This document shows, piece after piece, positions 9,298 to 19,142 of a stretch of 28,163 nucleotides of DNA. The first letter of the stretch is position 1. Each line of letters opens with the position of its first letter. A program made the position numbers and the translations under genes. The stretch is from a virus (lineage: Duplodnaviria > Caudoviricetes). The stretch is from the IMG/VR virus record IMGVR_UViG_3300034341_000115, positions 1 to 28,163 of that record. One strand, given 5' to 3'. The notes beneath the pieces are model-generated. The model saw nothing but the letters and a program-made list of their open reading frames with translations, was not told the DNA's origin and searched no databases.

Positions 9298-11888
9298 TGG
9301 CAAGAAAACAAACTCTTAAATCCCTGCTAGGGGGAAATGACTCACGTGTTGAGGTTGACCTTAACCTTGACGAGCAAGTCTTCCAAGCCCCTACAGTACG
9401 AGCTGGCAACTATTCGGTAGCTGCCCCTGTGTACGCTAAGACAAATGCCTTGTCGCAGCTCTCAGACTCCCTAGAGAGGTACGCTGGTCCAATACTAAGA
9501 GGGTATGCCAACATTAAAGAGCAGCAGTCTATTGCGATGGCAGATGCTACAGAGTTGTTAACACCTGAGCAGCTTCAGTTGCTCGATGCTGGTGACTCCT
9601 CTGGTCTTGTTCAATCAATCAATGAAACGGAAGATAAACTAGATGAGGCTCAACGTAAGAAGTTAATCAGCTTTGCAGAGAACCCTAACAATTACTCACG
9701 TGCTTACAAGCGTGTAGGTAGTCGTGTTGCAGGTGTCTTTTCTGAAGACTATCTGACTAACATGGAAAAGTACGCTGAGGATGAGAGCTTTGACTTCCAA
9801 ACAAAAGCAGATGAGTTGGCTGAAAAGTACGGACTAAATGGACTAGGCGAACAAGAGTTCTATAAACAGATTAATAACATCAGTGAATCAACTAAAGCTA
9901 GATTCGGTGAACTTAAGAATGCTCACATGGTTCGTGAACATAAGGCTGAAACTGTTTCCGATCAGGTTCAGAAGTCAGTCAACGGTACTTGGTCCGCAGA
10001 AGACTGGGAGGAAGCTACTAAAGCAGGAACAGTAGCACAGAACCAAGACATACTGTTAGGTATGGTCACACAGTTACGAGAGAAGAATCCAGCAAAGGCT
10101 GATAAATTAATTGAGCTTTATGGCGAAGGCGGTATCAAAATAGGTAACGGTGGTATCAACGAAGAGTTTGAAGACGAGCTACAAAATGCTAGGGCTAATG
10201 AAGATAGGCGACTAAGTCTTATAGCGGATGTCGTCGAAGGAAAACGTAATGACTCTATTGCTGAGTTCCAAGCAGTCTATTCCAACGCTATCACTTTAGG
10301 TCAAGAAATTCCAGAATCTACAGACATATTTATCAACGACGGACTTACAATAACAGTTGATACATCGAACGCTAAGAACGCTGCTGATGTTGCCAATGCT
10401 GTGTCAGACGCTATCAACAAGATTCCAGAGAACGACAAGACTATCTCTAATGGCACTAAGGCTTTAATAATAAATAAGTTCGCAGGTGAGGTTGAGAAGC
10501 AGAAATTGAAGGTTGTTCAGCAACGAGAGAGTGCAGGAGTAAATGTAGCAAGTTCTCAGTTCATGGATTTGTTGGCTGTTAAAGATTCTGAAGGTAATTA
10601 CATTTATGGAGAAGGATCGGAGACAACACTAGGTAGAGCTAGTCAAACACAAGAATGGGTGGAAGAGTTAAATCCCATCATTGACGCTATCTACGCTGAT
10701 CCAGAACTAGATATTTCTCAGAAGGTTCAACAATCAAAAATGGCTACATTGAGGTTTGTGGCTGAGAAGAAAGCTACTCACGATCAGTTCGTTAAAGAAA
10801 AAGAAGACGCTATAAAATCTGTTGAGTTCGAGAAAGATACAGGAGGCGACCAAGAAAAGTTTTATGTCGCTGATTTGTTTACACAAGTTGCGGCGGCGGA
10901 TGGTGATCTTGAAGCAATGCGTCAAAGACCAGAGATTGTAGCAACAGCAAGAGAGTTCAACGCCGAGACTGAAAGACTGCGTGACGATATTCTTAATAGG
11001 TCAATGACTGATGAAGAGATTGCTTCAGGAATGACATCAGCAGAGTTCACGCAAAAGAAGTTATCAGAAGGTGAAGCATTAAATGTAGACCGAAGAGCTT
11101 TGTATCAGCAAGACTACGGTAATGATGAAAAGATTGATGGAATAACATCTGAAGAACAGATGCCTGAGAATGCGTTAAAGAAACAAGAAGAAATAACTAA
11201 TGACGAAAAGCCAGTTAATGTAAAAATTAATACCAACGGTGTCACGGGGTTTGCAGATCAGAAACTAAATGGAATTAAAAAACAAGACCCAACATGGGTA
11301 AAGGGTAACAATGTAAAGAACTTCATCCAAGATATCACTACTCCTAGAGGAGAAGGTCATATATTTAACCAAGGCATTAAGGACTCTTACAACACAGCTT
11401 ACATGGTTGCTCAAATCAACGATCCAAATGTTAAGAGTATGCACGAAGCCCACAAGCACAATGCGCTGGCTTATCAGTCTGGAGAGGAAATGGGATTAAC
11501 CCCATTCCAAAGATTGCGTGATGTAGATGAAGTTGGACCACAGATGGTTGCTAACTACATTCAAGGAGAAACTACCATCAGAGCAGTTCAAGAAGGTAAG
11601 GCTGGCATGACACTAGATGAATTAGCTTTTCAAAGTATTGACGGAGTACGATTTGATGCTACTTTATTAAATCAATCAGCAACTCCAATCGTGCCTTATA
11701 CTCTTATTAATAAGGCATTAACAAACCAAGACATGTCTCCAACTGAAGAAGCTACATTAAGAGATTATGCAGACCTTCTATATGATTCATCTGAACTAGA
11801 TGAAGCAGGAAAGACAGTTGTCTTACAGAAGATGATTGAATTGCAGGTTAACGCTTATGCACAACTAGGATTTAGGTTCTCAAAATAA
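9297..11888 (+). CDS. Internal virion (ejection) protein, T7 gp15-position
   Basis: 863-aa helical, charged protein between gp14- and gp16-like genes; assigned mainly by synteny. Confidence 0.7.
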   Translation: MARKQTLKSLLGGNDSRVEVDLNLDEQVFQAPTVRAGNYSVAAPVYAKTNALSQLSDSLERYAGPILRGYANIKEQQSIAMADATELLTPEQLQLLDAGDSSGLVQSINETEDKLDEAQRKKLISFAENPNNYSRAYKRVGSRVAGVFSEDYLTNMEKYAEDESFDFQTKADELAEKYGLNGLGEQEFYKQINNISESTKARFGELKNAHMVREHKAETVSDQVQKSVNGTWSAEDWEEATKAGTVAQNQDILLGMVTQLREKNPAKADKLIELYGEGGIKIGNGGINEEFEDELQNARANEDRRLSLIADVVEGKRNDSIAEFQAVYSNAITLGQEIPESTDIFINDGLTITVDTSNAKNAADVANAVSDAINKIPENDKTISNGTKALIINKFAGEVEKQKLKVVQQRESAGVNVASSQFMDLLAVKDSEGNYIYGEGSETTLGRASQTQEWVEELNPIIDAIYADPELDISQKVQQSKMATLRFVAEKKATHDQFVKEKEDAIKSVEFEKDTGGDQEKFYVADLFTQVAAADGDLEAMRQRPEIVATAREFNAETERLRDDILNRSMTDEEIASGMTSAEFTQKKLSEGEALNVDRRALYQQDYGNDEKIDGITSEEQMPENALKKQEEITNDEKPVNVKINTNGVTGFADQKLNGIKKQDPTWVKGNNVKNFIQDITTPRGEGHIFNQGIKDSYNTAYMVAQINDPNVKSMHEAHKHNALAYQSGEEMGLTPFQRLRDVDEVGPQMVANYIQGETTIRAVQEGKAGMTLDELAFQSIDGVRFDATLLNQSATPIVPYTLINKALTNQDMSPTEEATLRDYADLLYDSSELDEAGKTVVLQKMIELQVNAYAQLGFRFSK

Positions 11889-11900
11889 CATTTAAAAATT

Positions 11901-14900
11901 ATGGCACTAGGAATAAACACAGAAGAAATACTCAACAACCTCAACGATACTAATAATGAGGAGCTGATACAGAACCAAAAAGACCCTAGCATGGTCAAGG
12001 ACATCCTTGCTGCGCCATTCAGAGGTGTTGAAGGAGCTGTTCAAGGTGTCTACAACCTTGCTGATTGGGCTACGTTTGATTACCTACCAGACTACGATAA
12101 CCGTTTCTTAGGTAAGTCAGAGACTATTGCTGGCTCTCTTGTTGAAGGTATTACACAGTTTGTTGTTCCCTACGGTGCTATATCTAAAGGTCTAAGCATG
12201 GCTGGCAAGGCTACTAAGTTTGCCAAGCCTTTCATGAAGGTAAACAAGAAGGGTAAAGAAGTTCTGAATTGGAAAGGTGTTCTAGCATCTGAAGCGGCTA
12301 CAGACTTTGTAGCGTTCGATGCACAAGAAGAACGTCTCTCTAATCTAGTACAAGCTTTTCCTTCTGTGGCTAATCCTATTACTGAGTACCTAGCAGCAGA
12401 CGGTGATGATGCAGAACTTGAAGGACGTTTCAAGAACACCTTAGAAGGTCTAGGTATTACTGGAGCTATGGCAGGCGCATTCGGTCTTGCACTAAAGGCT
12501 CACAAGAAGATGAAGACCAAGCCAGAAGAAGCCAAGAAGATTGGCGAAAGCATGGACTTCAAACAGATTCGGACAGTGCCTGTAGAGGATTACAGTCCTG
12601 CTATTAAAGCTTCTAAGACTGCGTTCACTAAGTCCAAGAGGATGGACAAAAACAAGTCTATTCCCGTCAATATGATGGAGAAAGAACTTACTGTATACGG
12701 AGAAAAAGGTACAGCAGAAGAGTTACGTTGGATGGGCTTTTCTGATTGGGCGCAATCAAAAGGTAAAAATCGTGTTACACAGAAAGAAGTCGATGAGTTC
12801 TTAGAAGAAAATCAGTTTAAATATCAACTCACCGAGCGTAGTGGTTCTTCCACAAATAAAGTTTATGAACGATTAGGGGGTCAGAAAGGTGGCGATAATT
12901 ATCGAGAGTTCATCCTGACAGCAGACGAAGCTAAGAAGGGAACTAAAGATTATGGTGTTAACCAACACTACAATCGCAAGGAGGGTGATACTCTCATGCA
13001 CTTCCGAACAACAGACCGAACAGACCCTGATTCAGGTCAAAGAGTTCTTTACGTTGAAGAAGTTCAGTCTGATTTAATGCAAGGCAAACGTAAGGCTCTT
13101 AAGGTTGGTGCTGAAGATCAAGGAAAGCTTCCTTTAGAAGATAGTTACATTAATACATCTATGCGTATGGTAATGCAGCTGGCAGCCAAGGAAGGCTATG
13201 ATAAAGTATCATGGTCTACTCCGCAGCAAATTGCTTCTCTGTATGACGCAACACTTGATAACATTAAACTTAATTCCATTAATGAAGATGGTAGTCGCTC
13301 TTATGATATCACAAAACAAAATGGTGAAACAGTTACAAAGATAGTTAAGAATTCGGAAGAGTCAGAAAACGTATTTGGTAAAAGGGCATCTGAAACTTTA
13401 AATGCTAGACTCACTAAAGCAGGTGATGAGATAATGGACTTTGAGGTCAAGCAAGATGCAAAGAGTTACAACCAATACAAAGATAAAATGGTATCCGCCG
13501 TTAACAAGGTAGCTAAACCTTTTGGCGGTAAGGTTGAAATGTCTAGAACAGACAGAACAAAAGAAGCAGCATCCCTCGAAGGAAAGTTTGAATCTTTTAT
13601 AAAACAACTAAAAGAAGACCAACCAGAAAGTGATGTATTAGATAGGTTGATGCAATTCACTAGGGAAGATTTATTTGCAGACTGGCGGTCATCGCAGGTT
13701 CGTAGGGGCGGTAGGTGGATGTCCTCTGAAGAAGCTTTGCTTAAAGATTTTGATTTTGAATTAGACTTGTCTGGATTAGAAGATGACATGCTGGAGAAAT
13801 TCCAATACCACGAAGACTTCACAGAATTACTTGATAAGCTATACAGTGAATCGTGGGACTTTGACACTATGCTTCTTCTAGAAGATACCCTTTTTGATCA
13901 CTTCAGGAAGTACAAACCAGAAATGAGATCTAAAGAGTTTGGGCAACCTCAACCTTCTTTCTCAATTAACCTTAACGATGGTATGAAGAAGTCCGTAGAA
14001 GAAATACGGTTGTGGGGACTCAAGACTGGAGACGAAGCAAAGCTTGGTGGTGAGATACAAGACCCTGCTTTGGAGCAAGCACTACAACTTCCCGCACTTC
14101 GTTATTTAAATGACAAAGAAGTTATAGGTATGGAGCGAGATTTTTCTGGCAACATTGCTGGAGAAACAAACGCTAAGTTTGCTCTTGAGCGGCTTGCTGA
14201 GAATGGTTCGACTCCTCAAGTTAAGAAATTAGCAGCTGGTATGTTAGAACTGTTTGGAAAGGATAATGACTTCCTTGAAACAACTATACGTACTATCCTC
14301 GAAGACTCCGACTCATTTGGATCGTTTGGGTTCAAAGGAAACAAACAAAACATCGATCTTTACTCAAACCGAACACAGATTGCAGATGGAGAGATGGCAA
14401 GAGATGCTGTGTTCACGGAAGCAACATTGCTTCACGAAATTACTCACGCAGCTCAAGTACGTTTCATTCCAAAAGAAATATCTACAATTAGCACTCTTAA
14501 AGGTGCTGACTACTTAGCAAAGGTTGATGAACTTATTGCTAGTGCTGACACAGCTCCACCACTCAAGCGTTTACTGGAAAGCTACAAGACAGCTCTTGAT
14601 AACGCTCCTGAAGAGTTCAAGGGAATCATGGGAAGCTTGAATGATGCAACAGGATTCTTAGATGACGCAGGTATGCGTTCTCGTATTGGAGAGTGGTACG
14701 GTCTTAGTAACGTAGATGAGTTCTTAGCTGAAGCGATGAGCAACACTAAGTTCCAGAATTATCTAAAGAGTGTTAAGACTGGTAACACAAGTCTATGGGA
14801 TAATATCATTCAGGTCTTAAAAGACTTTCTTGGTGTTGACGCTAAGGGAACTTTGTTAGGAGACACTATCTCAAACTTTGCTGACCTAGTTAGTAAGCAA

Positions 14901-17858
14901 AACAGAAAGTATTCTGTAGAGAGTTACAAGACACCGTACGTTAATCCTATCAGGTCAAGAGGTACACGGATGAACGAGAATCGTTTCTTCCAGAAGTCTG
15001 GTGAAAATAAATCTGGTATCACTGTAGAAAACAGAGGTGGTCAAATTGCTGTTGAAGGAACAGTCAAGGCTATCGGTGAAGTTGAAACAGCATACGACCT
15101 TGGTGAAGTATTAGCGAAGGCGGAGACTTCTGTTCTCGAAGAAATGGAAAGAACAGGAAGCATAGGCTTCTATGAAGATGGTACGCTACAAGGTTCTGAT
15201 GGACTTAAAGGTGGCGGTGTCGTTCAGGCTGTTGAACAAGCTCGACGAATGGCTGAGATGTCTGGTCAAAAGATTGACATAATTGAGTCAGAAGTCCGAG
15301 CAGCAGGTAATGATGCAGCAGCGTTGCGTCGAATTGCAGCTCGTATGTATACGGTAGAATCTATCGCCGTACAGCAAGGTGCTGACATCGTTGAGAAAGC
15401 TAAGAAGATTGCAGCGCAAAGTGCTGAAGCTACTGATGCAGACCGTGCAGAACTGATGGGAGACATCCAGAAGATGTTGAACCTAGTTGCTGCTGGCTCC
15501 AACCTCCGTCGAGGATTTGGTCAAGGTCTACAGTCAACACAGTTTGCTAGAACTAAGCTAAGTCTATCAGCGGCAGAGCGACGTTCTCAAGAGATTGTCA
15601 ACCAGTACATGGCAAGCAACAAGGGAGAGAAGAATAACTTTGATGTTCTAATTAACCGAATCATTCTTGCAGGCGGTGATCCTAAGAACACCTCAGCCAA
15701 GGACATGATTGACCAGATGCTTGGTGTCGTTAAAGCAGGGCGTGCTTCCGAAGGGGGCAAGTTCATGGAGATGGCACAGAACTGGTTCATCAACTCCCTA
15801 CTGTCTGGTCCTCGCACTATGATGAAGAATGGTATTGGTAACATGATTACTCAGACTCTTCTTCAAACTGAGCTAGCGATTGGTGGACTATCTGTTGACC
15901 CTGCTATCACTCGTATGGTGCTGAAAGAGATGTCAACCTTTGAGTCGTTCCGTGAGTCTATGAAGTATTTCTTAGATGTGTATTCGATGAAAGACCAACT
16001 GTTGGATATCGGACGTAACCCACTTGAGAACACAGCGAACACAGGTATTCCAAAATACTTTGATAACGCTGCTCCTGAAGAGACAATTAAGAACTCCATG
16101 AACTGGTTCAGTGAGAATGTTGTTAACATTCCAGCTAAGACCCTCATGGCGATGGACGAAGTCTTCAAGCAATCGATATTCCGTCAGAACGCAAAGATGG
16201 AATGGACACTGAAAGGTATGAAGTTAGGTATCAAAGACCCTGACGCATTGACCGAGTATGTCATGAGAGGTATGGACGCTGTCCTTGTGGATGGTGAACG
16301 TGCGTTCTCTGATGCTGGTGTGATGAAGTTTGCACAAGCATCCGTCAAGAAGATGGATGACGAACTTGTAGCTGCTGGTCAAAAGCCAATGACTCCTCAG
16401 AAGAGAGGTGCTGAAGTAAATCGTATCATTGGTGAAGAGACACAGAAACGTGCAGACATGCTTAAGTCGTACGAAGAAGGTGGTCTTGGATTAGAGAACA
16501 TCTCGGACATTGACAACGTAGCAGCTCGCTCCCTAGAGCAAGCACGTTACGGAACATTCACGAACGATGCTGGTGCTTTCGCAGACTTGGCGCAAGCGAT
16601 GACGCAGAAGGTTCCACCACTTCGTCTGATCTTTCCGTTCATTCGGACTCCAGTAAACATTCTGAAGTTCTCGTTTGATCGTGCATCAGGTGGTGCGATG
16701 GATGCAGGTCGTAGCGCACTTGCTATGATGCCTGATATGCCTATGCTGAAACGAACTCAAGATGAGTTGCGTATGAAGCTAGAGTCTCGTAACCCAATCG
16801 AGGTTGCACGAACACGAGGTAAGATTGCTACATCTGTTATGATCAATGGCACGTTGCTGTATATGATTATGGCAAACCGTGACTTCATTACAGGTGGTGG
16901 TCCAAAAGATATTGCACAGCGCAAGACTCTTGAAGCAACTGGATGGCAGAAGTATTCTCTTAAGTTTGGTAACAAGTACGCAAGCTTTGCAGGTCTTGAT
17001 CCGCTTGGAACACACTTCGGTATTCTTGTAGATATTGTTGAGCAGTTGGATGAACATGCCAGCCACAACACAACTACTGCCGAGCAGATGTTCGCAGCAG
17101 CTTCTATATCTCTATCACGTAACGTAACTGAGAAGTCTTATCTAGCAGGTCTTAAGTTCCTGACTGATGCTATCTCTGAGCCTGACCAAAAGATGGAACG
17201 AGCAATCCGAAACATTGCTGGTGGGTTTGTTCCCAATGTTCTGTATCAAGGTCAGTCCGTTATGGGTGACACAACTTCTAGAGAAGTTCGTAGCCTTAGT
17301 GATGCGTTCATGAAGAAGCTTCCGTTCGGTAACGGCAACTTAGACCCCAAGCGTAACATCTTAGGTGAGCCTGTTATTATGGAACAGTATCCAGTTGTTG
17401 GTCCGTTCAATCCTTCGTCTATCTCCACAAGAGACGGTGACGTAGTGTTTGAAGAGCTTGCACAACTTGAGCATGGCTTTACACAGACAAGCACAATGCT
17501 TGACCGTAGTATCGACATGACTGAGTTCGTTAACGACAAAGGACAGTCTGCTTACGATCGACGTTTAGAACTGCTTAACAAAACAAAGATTCGAGGAAGA
17601 ACTCTCCGACAAGAACTTGAGAAGTTAATCAAGAGTGGACGATACCAACGACTCTCTCCACTTACGGACGGAGCTTTGAAGAGTCCTCGAGTTAAACTTA
17701 TCAATAAAGTCCTGAGCAAGTACCGTTCACGCTCTCTGAGTTTGATGATGGAAGAGTTTCCAGAAATCGAACAAGAGTATACACGTATGCGCTCTATCAA
17801 CAAACAAGCACAGAGAGGTGCTTCAACCGAAACATTACAAGCATTGCTAGACGCATAA
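11901..17858 (+). CDS. Large internal virion (ejection) protein, T7 gp16-position, with extra domains including a HExxH metallopeptidase-like motif
   Basis: 1985 aa. C-terminal half has INSLLSGP.T, DEVFK, PFIRTPVNI and ITGGGP motifs seen in gp16-position proteins of T7-like phages; internal LLHEITHAA (14427-14453) plus EFLAE. Confidence 0.75.
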   Translation: MALGINTEEILNNLNDTNNEELIQNQKDPSMVKDILAAPFRGVEGAVQGVYNLADWATFDYLPDYDNRFLGKSETIAGSLVEGITQFVVPYGAISKGLSMAGKATKFAKPFMKVNKKGKEVLNWKGVLASEAATDFVAFDAQEERLSNLVQAFPSVANPITEYLAADGDDAELEGRFKNTLEGLGITGAMAGAFGLALKAHKKMKTKPEEAKKIGESMDFKQIRTVPVEDYSPAIKASKTAFTKSKRMDKNKSIPVNMMEKELTVYGEKGTAEELRWMGFSDWAQSKGKNRVTQKEVDEFLEENQFKYQLTERSGSSTNKVYERLGGQKGGDNYREFILTADEAKKGTKDYGVNQHYNRKEGDTLMHFRTTDRTDPDSGQRVLYVEEVQSDLMQGKRKALKVGAEDQGKLPLEDSYINTSMRMVMQLAAKEGYDKVSWSTPQQIASLYDATLDNIKLNSINEDGSRSYDITKQNGETVTKIVKNSEESENVFGKRASETLNARLTKAGDEIMDFEVKQDAKSYNQYKDKMVSAVNKVAKPFGGKVEMSRTDRTKEAASLEGKFESFIKQLKEDQPESDVLDRLMQFTREDLFADWRSSQVRRGGRWMSSEEALLKDFDFELDLSGLEDDMLEKFQYHEDFTELLDKLYSESWDFDTMLLLEDTLFDHFRKYKPEMRSKEFGQPQPSFSINLNDGMKKSVEEIRLWGLKTGDEAKLGGEIQDPALEQALQLPALRYLNDKEVIGMERDFSGNIAGETNAKFALERLAENGSTPQVKKLAAGMLELFGKDNDFLETTIRTILEDSDSFGSFGFKGNKQNIDLYSNRTQIADGEMARDAVFTEATLLHEITHAAQVRFIPKEISTISTLKGADYLAKVDELIASADTAPPLKRLLESYKTALDNAPEEFKGIMGSLNDATGFLDDAGMRSRIGEWYGLSNVDEFLAEAMSNTKFQNYLKSVKTGNTSLWDNIIQVLKDFLGVDAKGTLLGDTISNFADLVSKQNRKYSVESYKTPYVNPIRSRGTRMNENRFFQKSGENKSGITVENRGGQIAVEGTVKAIGEVETAYDLGEVLAKAETSVLEEMERTGSIGFYEDGTLQGSDGLKGGGVVQAVEQARRMAEMSGQKIDIIESEVRAAGNDAAALRRIAARMYTVESIAVQQGADIVEKAKKIAAQSAEATDADRAELMGDIQKMLNLVAAGSNLRRGFGQGLQSTQFARTKLSLSAAERRSQEIVNQYMASNKGEKNNFDVLINRIILAGGDPKNTSAKDMIDQMLGVVKAGRASEGGKFMEMAQNWFINSLLSGPRTMMKNGIGNMITQTLLQTELAIGGLSVDPAITRMVLKEMSTFESFRESMKYFLDVYSMKDQLLDIGRNPLENTANTGIPKYFDNAAPEETIKNSMNWFSENVVNIPAKTLMAMDEVFKQSIFRQNAKMEWTLKGMKLGIKDPDALTEYVMRGMDAVLVDGERAFSDAGVMKFAQASVKKMDDELVAAGQKPMTPQKRGAEVNRIIGEETQKRADMLKSYEEGGLGLENISDIDNVAARSLEQARYGTFTNDAGAFADLAQAMTQKVPPLRLIFPFIRTPVNILKFSFDRASGGAMDAGRSALAMMPDMPMLKRTQDELRMKLESRNPIEVARTRGKIATSVMINGTLLYMIMANRDFITGGGPKDIAQRKTLEATGWQKYSLKFGNKYASFAGLDPLGTHFGILVDIVEQLDEHASHNTTTAEQMFAAASISLSRNVTEKSYLAGLKFLTDAISEPDQKMERAIRNIAGGFVPNVLYQGQSVMGDTTSREVRSLSDAFMKKLPFGNGNLDPKRNILGEPVIMEQYPVVGPFNPSSISTRDGDVVFEELAQLEHGFTQTSTMLDRSIDMTEFVNDKGQSAYDRRLELLNKTKIRGRTLRQELEKLIKSGRYQRLSPLTDGALKSPRVKLINKVLSKYRSRSLSLMMEEFPEIEQEYTRMRSINKQAQRGASTETLQALLDA

Positions 17859-17886
17859 TATATTAACCCCCCTAACCAACTGTGAG

Positions 17887-18756
17887 ATGCCATTGTCATA
17901 TCAATCAATAACTAATCCAAGCTCAACATCCTTTACGGTAAGTTTTGAGTTTTTAAACTTAGCCGACATTAAAGCTGTCGGTAAACTTAACTCCGCCTCA
18001 GAATGGACAGAGCTTCCAGTAACTGATGCAGCAACAAGCAATGGTGTAACAACCGTCACTGTCGCTGATGCTGGCACTTACAGTTCTGCTGGTGAGGTTC
18101 GTATTTATCGAGCATCGTCTCAAGCAGCTTTGGTAGACTTCCAGAACGGTTCACGTTTATCGGAGAGTGACTTGGACACAGCTTACAGACAAGGCTTGTT
18201 TGCAGCTCAAGAAGTGCGTGAGAACGCTGCGGATAGCATCACAGCTGTTGGTCCACAAGGTCCAGCTGGTGCTGATGGTCAGGATGGTGCTGATGGTGTT
18301 GATGGTGCTGATGGAACAAGTGCTAGTAACACTCCTAATTTTCATGCCAATAAATCAAACACAACTATTCCAAATAATGTTGGGGAGGAAGTCATTTACT
18401 CGACTAAAGCTTGGGATACAGCAAATTTATATAGTAATACTACTGGTAAATTTACTGTAGGCGATACCACAACTGGATACTACTATATATATGCGGGTGT
18501 AAAATTTAATCAGCTTGGAGCTGATAGAATACAATTAAGACTTAAGTATTATAATGGAACCAGCACTATTACGTTTGCACTAACAGAAATGCAAATGGCT
18601 AATAATGGGTATGCCGCACCTCATATTGCAACTTTAGTCCCACTAGTAAATTCTGGTGATTATGTTTGTATAGAAGCATACCAAACCAGTGGCAGTTCTA
18701 AAAACTTAAGTAATGAAGTTGAAGGTAATTACTTTGGAGGATTCAAGCTCGCATAA
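17887..18756 (+). CDS. Tail fibre/adaptor, T7 gp17-like N-terminus, collagen-like repeat, C1q-like C-terminal domain
   Basis: VRIYR...VDFQNGSRLSESDLD attachment motif; GPQGPAGADGQDGADGVDGADG G-X-Y run; C-terminal GKFT...GYYYI...SGDYV...FGGFKL pattern. Confidence 0.8.
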   Translation: MPLSYQSITNPSSTSFTVSFEFLNLADIKAVGKLNSASEWTELPVTDAATSNGVTTVTVADAGTYSSAGEVRIYRASSQAALVDFQNGSRLSESDLDTAYRQGLFAAQEVRENAADSITAVGPQGPAGADGQDGADGVDGADGTSASNTPNFHANKSNTTIPNNVGEEVIYSTKAWDTANLYSNTTGKFTVGDTTTGYYYIYAGVKFNQLGADRIQLRLKYYNGTSTITFALTEMQMANNGYAAPHIATLVPLVNSGDYVCIEAYQTSGSSKNLSNEVEGNYFGGFKLA

Positions 18757-18760
18757 TATC

Positions 18761-18925
18761 ATGAACAACGATAGCCATCTTACACCTGCTGTAGCCATCG
18801 CTGGACTACTAGGTACAATAACTCTCGAACACGTGAACACGTTTGTTGCAATTATACTCGGACTTGTTTCACTCGCTTATGTCAGCGTTAAACTATGGAA
18901 GGAGATTAAGAATGGCAGGAAATAA
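18761..18925 (+). CDS. Putative holin (T7 gp17.5 position)
   Basis: 54 aa from ATG 18761 with hydrophobic segments and basic tail KLWKEIKNGRK; between fibre and terminase. Confidence 0.6.
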   Translation: MNNDSHLTPAVAIAGLLGTITLEHVNTFVAIILGLVSLAYVSVKLWKEIKNGRK

Positions 18926-19142
18926 AGAACTACTAGACGAGTTGATGGCTCTCACAATCGAAGAGCTACTGACCGTCATCAAGTCTGGAGAAGCAAATCC
19001 AGCAATCCTCAACGTAGCTAGGCAGCTACTCAAAGACAATCAAGTCACTGCCTCAGTCAAGGAAGACAGCCCTATGCAAAGTTTAGTAGAGGTGTTGCCG
19101 TTCCGTGAAGATGATGAACCAATCGCAGCCACAAATACCTAA
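18912..19142 (+). CDS. terS: Terminase small subunit, T7 gp18-like
   Basis: ATG 18912 after GGAG; IKSGEANPAILNVARQLLKDN and terminal LPF motif; directly upstream of terL. Confidence 0.85.
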   Translation: MAGNKELLDELMALTIEELLTVIKSGEANPAILNVARQLLKDNQVTASVKEDSPMQSLVEVLPFREDDEPIAATNT

